From NCBI GenBank assembly GCA_003693705.1, contig RBZT01000978.1, forward strand, positions 1-64,000: a stretch of DNA of 64,000 nt, written 5' to 3'. Below the pieces are notes generated by a model. The model saw only the letters and a list, made by a program, of their open reading frames with translations. It was not told the DNA's origin and searched no databases. The DNA is from Polymyxa betae A26-41 (taxonomy: Eukaryota > Protista > Endomyxa: Phytomyxea). Below, piece by piece: positions 51,477 through 63,751 of the stretch. Made by a program: the position numbers and the translations under genes. Within the stretch, counting starts at the first letter, position 1. The number at the start of each line of letters is the position of its first letter.

Positions 51477-52388
51477 TTACATTAATAAACAGTTAGGTTG
51501 ATCACCAGTTAGACTGGCTAACTCAGGTGGTATATCTGGCAAGACAGGTTCTCCCTCACTGTTGAACTCTAAACCAGGAACAAGTTCTTGTATAATCTCT
51601 CTAGGAGGTTGACCATATGTTTGGATTTCAGTCATCATATCCATAATTTCAGTGGAACCTGCCTCTCCGCTCTCAATCATTACACACATTCTCTTGAATA
51701 CTGCATATTGCTTCTCGTAGCTAGATCTGTCAAGTTCCACATGATTAACGTAACTCTACAGTATAACTGGGTACCGACCTTTCCGATTCGGAGAGCCTAG
51801 AGCTATGTTCCTCCAGCCAAACTGGATACCTGGCTGTAACCTACAGCAAAATGTTAACAAAGGAAACAATAATAACAGCAACAAGAAACCTGCTTAACAG
51901 GCTGTTCAAGCGCTTCTGCCGACAACATTTGAGACATTAACCTCTCCACAGATTCCTCAATATTAGATTCAGTACCAATTTGGAATTCTTCCTGCATTGC
52001 CCCATTGATTAAAAAACCGGACAGCTTAAACAATCTCATTACTGACCATCAATTTTCGAATGAGTTCGTCTTCATCTTGTTCCCTTGATGTAGCAGATTG
52101 ACCAGATTGTGTATTTATCATTCGAATCGCTTCCTCTAAAGACTCCTGCAGATTTTCTGGCCTCTTTCGGTTATCTTCATTAGGCATTGAGCGCACGAGT
52201 TTCTCGAATAAGGCAGGCAGAGTATCGTCCGCAGAATTATTCTGAGATGTGAGACCAGGGGAGCTTGCCTTCTGATTCGATTCAGCAGACCGACAATGTC
52301 TGGGAACATCCCCAGCAGGCGATTGGTCGAATTCGTCCAGAAGCGAATCGATCAAGTCATGATCGATACTATCTTGCTTCGAACCCAT
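51477..52388 (-). CDS. PEX19: Peroxin 19
   Basis: DSLLDEF, LMSQMLS, YPVWLEE, MQ-like IQTYGQPPREI and C-terminal CaaX CLLM. Confidence 0.92.
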
Positions 52389-52837
52389 TGTGCGAATAAA
52401 CTTTGTTGCGTCCTAAATAAAAGTGTGTTTTTTATCATATGTATGTACGGGACTTCAGAGGTGTGAAAGGATTGCGTAACTGTAGCAGCATTCCAAACAG
52501 TTGGCTTTAGGTATTGACGTATTGTACTACGATCATATGACAAATTTATAGTGATTAAATACCTGCATCATTGCAAGGTTTATTCAGTACCAGGACGTAA
52601 CTGATGTTTGAAATCAGCCTTAGATCCAGCTTCGATCAGTCATGATCCTAGTGAGCATCCTTTTTGCCCACCAAAAATACTTAACTTTCGGAAGCGTCTT
52701 TTTTTCCTGTAAATATGAACCTCGATTTCAAACAATTCAAAGCAACTACCTGATGGGACAACAGACAATCATGTTTAATGTTTTCTGTTAAAACCCAGGG
52801 TAGACTCATCCAGGTTCAAACTTGATGTACTCCGATG

Positions 52838-53819
52838 TTAACTTGTCATCGATTTATTTATTCTCTTCACCTTTCTGGGCTTGGTTGAAGATCGAGCTGA
52901 TATTTTGACAGGAACGTCAACATATGCATCAAGAGATCCTGAACCACATCTACTTGCTCTTAGAGCTATCTCTAAGTCATCATACGCCTACAGATATATT
53001 CAGTACAGTGATCATCTTAGAAGTTAGTGTCTAATTCTCACTTTTTGTTGACTTTCTTGGGTTTTAGTCAATTCTTTCAGTAAATCCGCTTCAAGTTTCG
53101 CCATTTTCTCAATTTCTGCTTGTTTATCTTTCGCTTCGATCTGTTCCCTTTCGATACGAGAGAACACCTAAACTGCTTTAGCATCTTCTTCGCAACTAAG
53201 TAAAAGCTTCACCTGTCGTTTAACTTGTTCTCTTCTGTTTCTAATCTCTTCTTCTTTCTTTCGTCTTGCTAATTCATGCTGTCTTTGTATATCAAGTTTC
53301 TTCTGTATTGCCTGCCTTCGTTCTTCTTCTCTCTGTTGTTTAATCGCCAACAAGTTCTTCAGATGATCTTCTTTGAGTTGCTTAGCTCGATTATCTTTCT
53401 CTGCCTTTACTACAGCTAATCTTTCATCCATTGTTAATTGTGGCCCAGATTGCTTCCTTGACTGATATTTAGCCTTCGCTTCGTTATTCTGTTCGATCAC
53501 AGCTTTGGTCAGCTGAATTTTCTTCTCTAATCTTTGTTCTGATTCACGTTGTACCCGATGTATGAATTCTGTTCGTGATTTAGTCTCTTCTATTTTTCTT
53601 TGAGCTTTCTCTGTTTCTGCCTATCACCATTCACAAAAACAATCCATTATGGTGAAATGTTCCTTTTACTTTTAACAGCAGAAGTCTATTAGCGAGCATC
53701 TGAGCATCAGACTCAGCTTGTTTCCTTTGCTGTCTTGCAGCAGCTAGCTGAGATTTTAACACAGCTAGACCATCTGATTCACCAACACGATGATGATGAA
53801 GGTTGTTGTTTGGCGCCAT
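52838..53819 (-). CDS. Charged coiled-coil protein of unknown function
   Basis: RKQAESDAQMLANRLLLLK then K/E/R-rich heptads. Exons joined by GT-AG introns. Confidence 0.7.
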
Positions 53820-54080
53820 GCCAACCCTTTCGATGTCCTTCTTCCTCGTTGGTTATCGTGGCCTTCGCATATACAACGATCTTTCTCAGGTACAGATCTG
53901 TACCTTTATCTTAAGAATCCCATATACATTTTCAAACAATTTTTTTCTTGGAAACTTAGATTGCGAATTTCTGTCAGTTATTGCCAAAGAGAAACTGAAA
54001 ACTGGAAGAGGTTCTTGTTGGGTAATCTGTAAAATACCTGAAGTGATTTAATTCAATATTATCATGTTTATTTGAGGTGA

Positions 54081-55751
54081 TTATGGAGCTGGTTTTGAGT
54101 GAGGTCGTGATTTGGTCTTGGTCGATGTCAAGAACGGAGCATGAAACTCGTCGCTATCAGAATCTTCATCAGTATTAGGTTCCCCATCGCTCCAGGCTGA
54201 CGTTGGTGGTATTAGAGCTGGTGTCGCCTCCACCAATAACACATCCTCATCAATGGCGGTTGCATCAAAATCATTCCTGACATGAACATCGTTGATGAAT
54301 GTATTCTGTTGTATCATCCATTGTTGCAGAATACGACACACTTGTTCTTCCATGAATGCAAGATGATGTACTAATGTTGTCTCTGTCACAGGTGTTATTG
54401 TCAGTGGATCCTCAACATCTCCAAACAATTTCAATATTTTCCCAATACCAGTCCTTAGGTTCGCCATGGTTCTGCCTTGATCAGCAGCCTTATCATTCAA
54501 TTCTGCTAGATCGTGCTGTACTGATGCTAACCTCTCACCAAGCCTTCCAATAGCTGATTGACTTACAAGCCGCTCACGTAGTCGCCCGTCGGTAACACTG
54601 CCTGCATCGCCATGGATTTTGGCGTCAGATAATGCATCAGCTTGCAGACGAATTTCGTCGAGTTTATCATCGAGGTCATCAATATCGTCATTTAGAAGAT
54701 TCACGATCTGAAATTTTTGGAAGTTCCTGTCTTCACTTGTCTCAAAGACGGCAATGAGATCATCAAATGTCTCAACACCAATTGCCTGCCGAAGTCGATC
54801 AAACTGGTGACGATATGCATCAACTCTAGCTCTTGTCATTCTGATACAAGCTTTATCTTTAGCAATATCCCATGCTCCTGCTGTTAGCACCGTTCGCAAT
54901 TCAGATTCTTGTGCTTGAGCCCATTTCTCTTTCTCTTTCACGAGTTTACGATCACTTAACAATCCGATGAAGCCAACAATCTTATCGTTGTAAGACACGA
55001 GACGACCCAGTTCACGCCATTGGTCTTGGAACTGACGATGTTCTCGATCAGCCGTATATTTTAATTCGGCAACCAGAGCTGTTGAAGCATCTCTTGTTGC
55101 CGCTAAAGCATTGGTTCGTTCAACAACTTGAGTTATTTGTGTGACATGTTTGTTGGTTTGACGAAGTATGTGACCAATCATACGTTCCACCATAATACGA
55201 TCAACACGAAGTTCATGAATAGTTTGACGCATGCTTCGATTTGAGGTTATTCGTCTATTGAAATCAATTCGTGCCCGATGTAACCGATGCTCCAAAATCT
55301 GGAATTGTTTCAGATCCCGATCTCGTGCTTCCTTGCTAGCATAAATGCCACCCTCCGCCTTCCTTCTCTCCATAATACCAAAATAGAACTCTTCAGCTAA
55401 ACGTTCCAATCTATCAAGACGTTCTTGTTTATCTTGTGCGACAGCATTAAACCATTCCTCTTGAGTATCATCAGTCTCATTTGTTTCAATCTCAGCGCAA
55501 GCTTTCTGTTCTGTCAGCCATGCAAGACTTGCTGAGTCGCTTGTCAGCTGCTTCTGCATTTTGTTATTGGCTGATTTCATCTTTTCGATTTGTGAATGCA
55601 TGAGTCGGCTGACAGAAGGTGTGAAATTAATCAATGGGACGCTGCGAGACTCGAGCTGTCGTGTCTTCTTGACAAGACCTTCGAGTCCATCTGTAACAGC
55701 TTTTGTCGTGTCATCTTCATAATTAAGTGTCTTATCTCGGAATAAGCCCAT
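54081..55751 (-). CDS. Outer dynein arm docking complex subunit (ODA1/DC2, CCDC114/CCDC63-like)
   Basis: Intronless coiled coil with NRSMRQTIHELRVDR and YRHQFDRLRQAIGVETFDDLIAVFETSEDRNF. Confidence 0.75.
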   Translation of the reverse strand: MGLFRDKTLNYEDDTTKAVTDGLEGLVKKTRQLESRSVPLINFTPSVSRLMHSQIEKMKSANNKMQKQLTSDSASLAWLTEQKACAEIETNETDDTQEEWFNAVAQDKQERLDRLERLAEEFYFGIMERRKAEGGIYASKEARDRDLKQFQILEHRLHRARIDFNRRITSNRSMRQTIHELRVDRIMVERMIGHILRQTNKHVTQITQVVERTNALAATRDASTALVAELKYTADREHRQFQDQWRELGRLVSYNDKIVGFIGLLSDRKLVKEKEKWAQAQESELRTVLTAGAWDIAKDKACIRMTRARVDAYRHQFDRLRQAIGVETFDDLIAVFETSEDRNFQKFQIVNLLNDDIDDLDDKLDEIRLQADALSDAKIHGDAGSVTDGRLRERLVSQSAIGRLGERLASVQHDLAELNDKAADQGRTMANLRTGIGKILKLFGDVEDPLTITPVTETTLVHHLAFMEEQVCRILQQWMIQQNTFINDVHVRNDFDATAIDEDVLLVEATPALIPPTSAWSDGEPNTDEDSDSDEFHAPFLTSTKTKSRPHSKPAP

Positions 55752-56091
55752 GGTTGCGATTAGCAAGCTTTGGACCCTGTCAATATGGCGAAATTACAAG
55801 GTACTGTACTCAATACGATCGATTCTGGCTCTACCCTCTTGATAAATTATGCAACATTTATGGACTTCGCTGATGATGTTAATCGAGCCAAAAGTTGAAG
55901 TGTTTTCTCATCAACAGCTGTTAAAATTTGGTACTGTTGGCAAATCAGGGGAAGAGTCAGTCGTATCCGTTCTTCCAACGAGCGCTACCAGCATGGCTAG
56001 CCTGAAACCGGAGCCGAATAATGTGAGATTAGAATTCTACAGAATATTGAATGTTGATTTCAATCTGGCTTGTTTGAAAATCTGCAATATA

Positions 56092-57501
56092 TTATAATCT
56101 GGTCTGCAACACTCGATGTCTCAAGACACCAATATGTAATTCCATCATACGAATCTCATTACGTAATTCGACGAGAGCTCCACGAATACGTCTTAATGGG
56201 CTCATATCAGTCATGGAATCATTACGGCTATCAAGTTGACGCTTGGAAGATTCCAATTCTTCAGTCTTGGATGCCAAACTCTCATTTAACACATTCACCT
56301 CACTTGACAACCGACTGTACTCTTTCTTCATATCTTCAATCTACAAATCGATCAGTAAAATTCCCGAGAAGAAGTCAATAGAACAACACGAAATTACTTA
56401 CAGCGGAATGCTGCTTCTGAAAATCTCCCACGAGATGAGAGAACTTCTCTTGAATATGCCTCTCTTGTGACTGAATTCTGCTTGTAATTTCAGCCATTTG
56501 AGTTCCGATTTTATTCAGCAACGTATTGAGATCTGGTGTTAACTCTCTCAGCAGCTGATCATGCTTCACCATTGAATCAAGATGCGTGCGCCATTCCTTC
56601 GCTGCTCCCATTATCTTCATCTTTAACAGAGGTGCTACACGCTCCATCTCCAATTTCCATTCTGCAGGATCCACCTATAGATCGCCAACATTCAGATTTG
56701 TCTCAGAGATAGCAAATATCTTACACTGGATTGCATAATAACGGCAGGCTTTAATTCACCATCGTTGCCAGGTTCTAGGACGGGCTCACTGGCATAAAAG
56801 GCATCATATTGAGCATCGTCGTCATCATTATCACTTCCGCGATCGTCGTCCTCTATGTCACCACCAATTCGGAAATCGTCATCGATCTCGGTGCCAACCT
56901 TAACAATGGTGATTATCAGCAGACACAAAATAAAATCCAGATTACACTGTCTGAAGCATTGTTTTGCTCTCTTGTCAGATGGTCGTACGACGGCTTTCGA
57001 ATGCGAATGCTTTTGGCTCGTAGAGCCCGATCGATGACAAATTTTAGCAACGACAACACATGAATGCCATAACCAGGTTTCAACTGATTAAAACAGGTTA
57101 AAAATGAAGAAAATTCAAGAGGATTACTGCCTCACTTTTGAAGCAGGAAAGTCGGCAGTAAAACCAAGCTTTGTGATTTCCAACAAGATGTTATTTGATG
57201 CTGTTGATGGATCATCGAACTCCCAATCGAGAAAATCGGCTTGACAGATTTTGAGAGCCCATGCGACTACAGCAGCAAAGCAAGGAAATGGTGAGATCTT
57301 GCCCGGCACCAAGAATATCGAATGGTCAAAGACAGGAAAGGATTTAGCAGAACAGAACGAGGATTCATAATCTAATAGTTTCAGCTTGTCAATGATCTGG
57401 TCCATGAGAACATAACATTGACCATCGGGCCAATCTCCAGTAGCTGAACCACGACGCCGACCAGCAGGGGTGGGTCGCTGCTGATCATCTTCGTCCTCCA
57501 T
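56092..57501 (-). CDS. IFT57: Intraflagellar transport protein 57 (Hippi)
   Basis: IIDKLKLLDYE, FDDPSTASNNIL, DPAEWKLEMERVAPLLK, KEWRTH, and DMSPL..MELHIGV. Confidence 0.94.
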
Positions 57502-57846
57502 TTTTATGTCCCAATCTCTGTGATCGACATTCATGATCAGTACGGCACACAGGTCACACAAGCGTATTGCAAAGACTCATTGAAAATTCTTATCTAAACA
57601 ATGATTTAGACTTCAGTTATCAGGTCTGAATGCGATTGAGCTTGCTTCTTTAATCAAGAGTTCGATCTGACGTTGTAAGTTTTCAAAATGCTTGAGAAAA
57701 AGAAAGTTGATCCCCAAGAAAAGAGGAATGACAGAGAGTGGAGAAGAAAGATATACCTCGCAGCGGCGTAGCTTTCTAGAATCATCAACAAGATTGCAAA
57801 CAGATGTCCAGCTAATGTACCGGGCAACAGGTCCACTTTAAGAAAA

Positions 57847-58015
57847 GCTTCGGAAGGTTATTCGTGTTAAACTAACAAAAATAATGTAGAAGTTACAGCC
57901 CATGTTCCGGGAGAAGGGCATAATATACAAGAGTACTCAATTGCATTAGTCAGATCAGGTCGAGGAAGGGATTTACCTAGTATACGATATAAAGTTACTA
58001 AAAGGAAATATGATG
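57847..58015 (+). pseudogene. rps12: Organellar (probably mitochondrial) rps12 fragment, NUMT
   Basis: [10 protein letters not shown], a frameshift in an A-run, then [45 protein letters not shown]. This is the S12 core with decayed residues, lacking both termini. Confidence 0.85.
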
Positions 58016-58484
58016 CAATAGATGTTCAGCTAACAAACCGGGCACAGGTTCACTTATAAAAGGGAGCCTTCTCCTCTAGCCTGGAGGGATAACATAATTA
58101 AAGCACACCTATGCCACTAGAAGAGCTGAATCGGGGCGACCTCGAAATGGGGCTTGAATGCTTTTCCTCTATGTCGATTCACCAAGTTGGGTACTTATTG
58201 AACCTCATGCTATAACGACAATTTGTAAAGTATGCGATGTTCGACTCCGATTTGGTTGCTAGTGGTTTCGAAGCGAATGTCGGGTGATGAATTTGAGAAA
58301 AGAGCGTCTTTTGTTGGGACAAAGTTTTCACTCATAAAACCGGTCTCGAATTTCCAGAAGAACAAGAATTAGTAACCAGTAAAAAATTGAACATAGCCAA
58401 AAGAATGAACTGTTCGGGAATCCCCAATCGAAAATAACAATGATATAGACAATTCTGTTTAGTGAAAAATGATATTGCAAATTA

Positions 58485-61400
58485 TCAAGCATAAACAGAT
58501 GACACGATATTCTCGAATTCCTTTTGGTGGACACTAGCGAAACCAGTCGCAGGCGCAGCAGCAGTTGGTCGCCCGGCGTATTTCTAGAAATGAAGTCAGT
58601 ACAAAAAGGACCAAATAAAACCGGATTACAATTTGCTGCCGTCCGATGGAGCGGAAAGCAGTTTGTAAGCGAGGCTTGACGTAACTCCAAGCACCCATAT
58701 TCTTGGGCTCCTCTTGAGCCCAAATGATCTCCGCTTGTTGGTATCGATTAGCCTCATCAAGAACCAAGTCGAAAGGGAACGGGGAAATTTGTTCGATTCT
58801 GCAAAGGGCGACATCCGTTCTAGATTCCCCTTGCTCAAGCAGATCGTAATAAACCTTTCAACAAAAGCCATTAGAATATACGAAAGACAAACTGAAACGC
58901 AATGGCAAACCTTTCCTGAGCAAAATACAAGTTTCTTAACAGCCTCTGGATTCTGGACAATTTGTGGACGGGATTCTTCGATGACCCTTCTAAACGTAGA
59001 ATCACCTGACATCTCCTCTAGTGTTGATACGGCTCTCTTGTGACGAAGCAGGGATTTGGGATTCATCACAATCAGCGGTTTGCGGAACTGACGATGAATT
59101 TGTCGTCGGAGCACATGGAAATAATTTGCAGGAGTTGAGGGCATCACGACCTGCCAGTTGTTTTGTTGGATCTGTTTTCTCAGCTCGTCCTTCATCTCAG
59201 GAACTGTATCTTCGTCTTCAGCAGACATTTGAAGAAATCGTTCCAATCGTGCAGAACTATGTTCAGGGCCCTGGCCTTCATATCCATGAGGTAAGAGAAT
59301 TACCAAACCAGATTGCCTAAGCCATTTTGCTTCTCCACAGGAAATAAACTGATCGAAAATAATTTGAGCACCTACAACCTCATAGGTAAGAGAGTAGAGC
59401 AGTAAAATCTGACCGTTGACCGTTTGCGAAATCTCCAAATTGAGCTTCCCATAACACCAATGCGTTAGGATTCTCAAGTGAATACCCCAACTCAAAGCCA
59501 AGAACTCCAAATTCACTCAAACTGGAATTGGAAACCGAAAAAGCGGCCTGGTTCGGAGATAAGTTCGCTAAGGGGATATAAGGCTGACGATTGCCATCGA
59601 TTTGGTCATGGAGCACAGCATGACGGTGAGAGAAAGTCCCACGCTCGACATCCTAGACACGCTATAAGAGAGGTGGGCAGTAAATGGCGGGCACATACCT
59701 GCCCACTCAAGCGCACATGACACTTTTCTAACAGAAGGCTACCGAATGCTAACGCCTCAGCAGTACCCCAGTCAAACCCTTGTTTAGTCTCAAACATTTT
59801 GGCTTTGGCATTGAGAATGTTTGAAAGTCGCCGGTGAATGTTGAAGTCTCCAGGAACAGAGCATAACCTGCAGAAAATAAACAAGATGTTCTTAAAAAAA
59901 ATGTCATTACTTCTGGCCGATATTTTCTAAATCAGAACCTGAGACTCCAGTACTCTGAGGCTGGGAATGTTGAGAAGACCTCAAGAAACCTTCCCAGTTA
60001 GACGATAGCCAGTCAGAGGCGACAGAAACTCGTTCACGTGACTGTTCAAATGCTTCATCGAGTTTCGTGCGTGCTCTGACAGATATCTAAACATGGTTCA
60101 GCAAAATAAACAATAGGAGAAACAAAATCGAACAGCATCGGCCTCATCAGCAGAAACAATGTTTCGAGTTTCCAAATTCTTTCTGTAAGTATCCAATACA
60201 GAGCTCATTTGGCCAATCTGACGGTACATCAGAGGCTGGGTGAACCTGAAAATGCTCAGTTTAATGATGGAGAGGACTTTCAATGCTTACATGGGTTCGT
60301 CAATTTCGTTATGACCGAACTTTCGGTAGCAAACCACGTCAATAACAACATCACGGCCAAATCTAAAAAAAAAAATGTTAAACTGGCAAGCGATTTAAGA
60401 GATAAACTACTTCTGGCGCCAGGCTGCAGCAAGCTGATGCACTCGCGTAACCGCCTCAACGTCGTTTCCATTCACATGAAAGACAGGAGCATTAAATGCT
60501 TTGGCTAAATCGCTGCAATAGGCAGATGAACGCGACCTACAGTAGTTACAAATTGAGAAATGATCCAAAGCAGAGCACAGAGATGTACTTGGTAGGGTCT
60601 GTGGTAAACCCAATTTGATTGTTGACAATGATGTGGATCGTGCCGCCAACAGAATAACTGGGCAGATCAGTAAAACCCATCGTTTCATAAACAACTCCTT
60701 GTCCAGCGAAAGCAGCGTCACCATGAAGAAGTAAGGGTAAGACTTTGGACTTGTCTAGAAATAAGTTAAGATAAACTTCTTAAAAAGAAGCAGAGTAACA
60801 ACCCATATTAAACTTATAGAATTGCTTGGCACGAGCTTTGCCCATAACAACAGGATTGACAGCTTCAAGATGAGAGGGATTTGCAAGTAAACTGAGATGG
60901 ACATTTCCACCGCCAATGACAGGCCGATTAAATGACATCCCTAAATGATACTTGACATCACCGCTTCCTGAGCCTGAATAAGATAAAAGAAATGGAGCAT
61001 AAATGTTTAAACCTTCAAATTCAGAAATTGAGCCGCCTCCAGAGAATTCAGCAAAGATCTGCTTAAGTGGTTTCCGAACAACGTTCGCAAGCACATTCAG
61101 ACGTCCTCGATGGGGCATTCCCATAACGACATCAGTTACCCCTAACATCAAATAAAATAAATTTTAGCGAGAAAAGAGCATTTAACCAAACCGTTATGAT
61201 GCGCATGGTCGATCAATTGCTTCATTCCAGGAATAACCGCCTCTGCACCTTCCAGGCCAAATCGTTTAGCCGTCGACCATTTGTTAGCCAAAAAACGCTC
61301 GAAATGATCCGCCCAGATCAAGCGATCCAAAATCCGCTCACTTTCCGACTTTGTGAATGCAAAGGGTTCGGCCAGCTCGATATTGTCGCGGATCCAGTTG

Positions 61401-62147
61401 CATAGGTCTAAGCAAGCACGTCACTCACAGCCCAACGGCAAGATATTTGCAAAAATATACCTGTGCTTGGAATATGCATGTACTCGAAGCCAATATGCCT
61501 CGTATATGCGTCTTTCAGTTGTTGGAGCAGAGTTTTTAGCTTGATAGGAGGACGTGCAGGATCGTGGAATCCTGAATCCAACACTTATGGAGAGAAAAAT
61601 TTTACAACTGTTTCCCCAACCTTTCAGGCCCTTCACGCGAATATCAACCACACGATCAAGATCGCTTTCGGAAATCCCAAAGCGGGCAAGATTGAACTCG
61701 TTCTGAGCAATTATCTTCCGGTCAATGCCATGCTGTGTTAAGCCCAATGGATCTACCAAATCTAAAAAAAGGAAGAGAAATATGAACAAGCATTGAAGAC
61801 CTAGCTTCGCCGAATAATGTCCACGAACTTGATAAGCCCTGATCAATTGTGTTACTTTAACAGCAAGATCATCAAACGAACGGTCAGTGGGGACAGGGGC
61901 TAGGAAGAAAATTCATTAATCTGAGGCATGGGCGATTTCCATATGTCTAACTCTGATTCTTTCCAGAAACCGGTGCGATTGCAAACTGGCCAGTTCTGAA
62001 GTATGCATCCCAAGAAGCATGAACTGAATTCGGGTCCTTTTTCCAGCTCTCGAACATTGCTTCCATGTAAGTAGCATTCCCTCCCTGAAATACTGACAGA
62101 AGCCGGCGGCCGGCAACGGCACGATATGACGCCTTTCGTATCCACAT
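58485..62147 (-). CDS. OGDH: 2-oxoglutarate dehydrogenase E1, mitochondrial
   Basis: [68 protein letters not shown] and [10 protein letters not shown]. Confidence 0.97.
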
Positions 62148-62230
62148 AATACTAGCGAGGATCGTCATTCGGCCTGTCTGTCTTCCCAGGAAGCACTTTG
62201 GCTTTCTGTAATTTCAGAGATAACTTTGGC

Positions 62231-62249
62231 AGAAAAGAGGAATGACAGA
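62231..62249 (-). promoter_or_regulatory. Inr-like core promoter TCTGTCATTCCTCTTTTCT upstream of OGDH
   Basis: Identical 19-mer at 57717-57735 upstream of IFT57. Related TCAYTYY motifs lie upstream of PDHB, the MFS gene and EMC6. Confidence 0.4.
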
Positions 62250-62735
62250 AAGCCGGGGAACGAGACAGGATCGGCGTAGCCTCATCCCCGGCACATCAGT
62301 CATCATGTAAACTCGAGTGAGGTAACATAATCATGTTTCATGACCACATCTATCTCATCCATATTCTCTCCATCTACAAAAGTCCTTTTTCCTGTTGTAT
62401 GCTGATGAAAATTGAGAGACTTACGGGAATCATGAAATATCCTGGCAATGAAGCTTAAAATTGATTTTTGTCCCGCAAGCCTGATTACGACTCTATACAG
62501 ACTTTGAAATTTCGATAAAAATTATGTTTGAATGCACAATAATAACATTGAATAGAGATTGCGGTTGTGCCTTACTTCATTCCATGATGACAATATTTTA
62601 TGTTTCACTTAACCTGAAAAAAAACTGATCCAGCATGAATCTGTAATAGAGCCTGATCCACTTTCTATCCATCAGGTAACCATTGTGTTTTCCGGTCTCG
62701 GCCTTCAGCGCATAATCCAGTGAAGTGTGAACCTC

Positions 62736-63104
62736 ATGGATCATTGTCAGCACCCAAACGAGATCGTCGACGATGTCAACCTAGCATTCAACCAGCAAGC
62801 GTATACGTCGATCCAGGTCTTAGTTTCGATTGTGTCTGGATGCTTGTGCGGTTTGCTGGGTCTAACAAGTTTGCTGGGGCTTGCGTTCTTCATCGTCACC
62901 TATCTAATCACATCGCTCTACGTTATCTTGCATACAGGACCGAATTTTCACAAGTACTTTTTGTCAATACTGTCAATGATAAAATCGGGAATTTCGCAAT
63001 CTGCAATGGTACGTCTCTTTCAAATGAAGTTCTTCGTTTTAATTACCTCATAGACGTTTGTCTTGTTCTGGACTTTAATATTTAATATGATCTATGTCTA
63101 CTAA
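62736..63104 (+). CDS. EMC6: ER membrane protein complex subunit 6
   Basis: N...SIVSGCLCGLLGLTSLLG and spliced C-terminus TFVLFWTLIFNMIYVY*. Confidence 0.88.
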
Positions 63105-63751
63105 ATATCTTAGACTATTAATCACTGTAAGATAATATAATTACGAGTTTACAGCAACGATGGCGTCAGCTCTAGTCGCTCATCCGTGAGAATAACGGCT
63201 TAGGTCGATATTATCTCTCTGACAGAAATTTGGCATCCTTCTTATCGTTGCTAGTATCGGTTTCGGTAATCGTACAACTATAGATAGAATGTGCCGAGAT
63301 TTAGGTGTTCATCTGCAGCGATGCCACCGAATCATGGCGCTTCCCGTCTCAGATCCAGAGTACTCGAGATCATCCTCGACGACCCATCAAACTCTCTACT
63401 GATATTTCTCTCAGACTCCGTCACGAATGACCAATCTTGACTCTCTCAATAGCGATATATTTATTTTGATAAGTCTATTTCTTAGTGATGAGGTGGATGG
63501 CTTTTGGATTTGCGTGCGATTGTCGTTTAACGGTTGTTCAGGAAGTGTGTGCTTTGTTCCAATCAAGTCGGGCAGTTGAAAGATTGAGCAGATTACCAGG
63601 CTTTTGGAAGGTTAAAACTCCCATGATTGTAATATGTTTTCACAAGGTTGCAGGCACGATCGTTAGTTTTCATGCCGGCTCTGCAATCATCAGCCATAGT
63701 CAGTGTTTTTCATCGAGAGATTGTTATCGATGGATTCCCTCTGGCTCCTTT

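Noticed and set aside
57654-57836. ORF with LAGHLFAIL resembling atp6, as an extension of the NUMT
   Set aside because: Only a few residues match, the conserved RLFAN context is missing, and it lies outside the duplicated flank.
6681-62147. Fragmented ORFs suggesting pseudogenes or an alternative genetic code
   Set aside because: Every break examined in conserved genes is explained by short GT-AG (one GC-AG) introns. No in-frame stop reassignment is needed.
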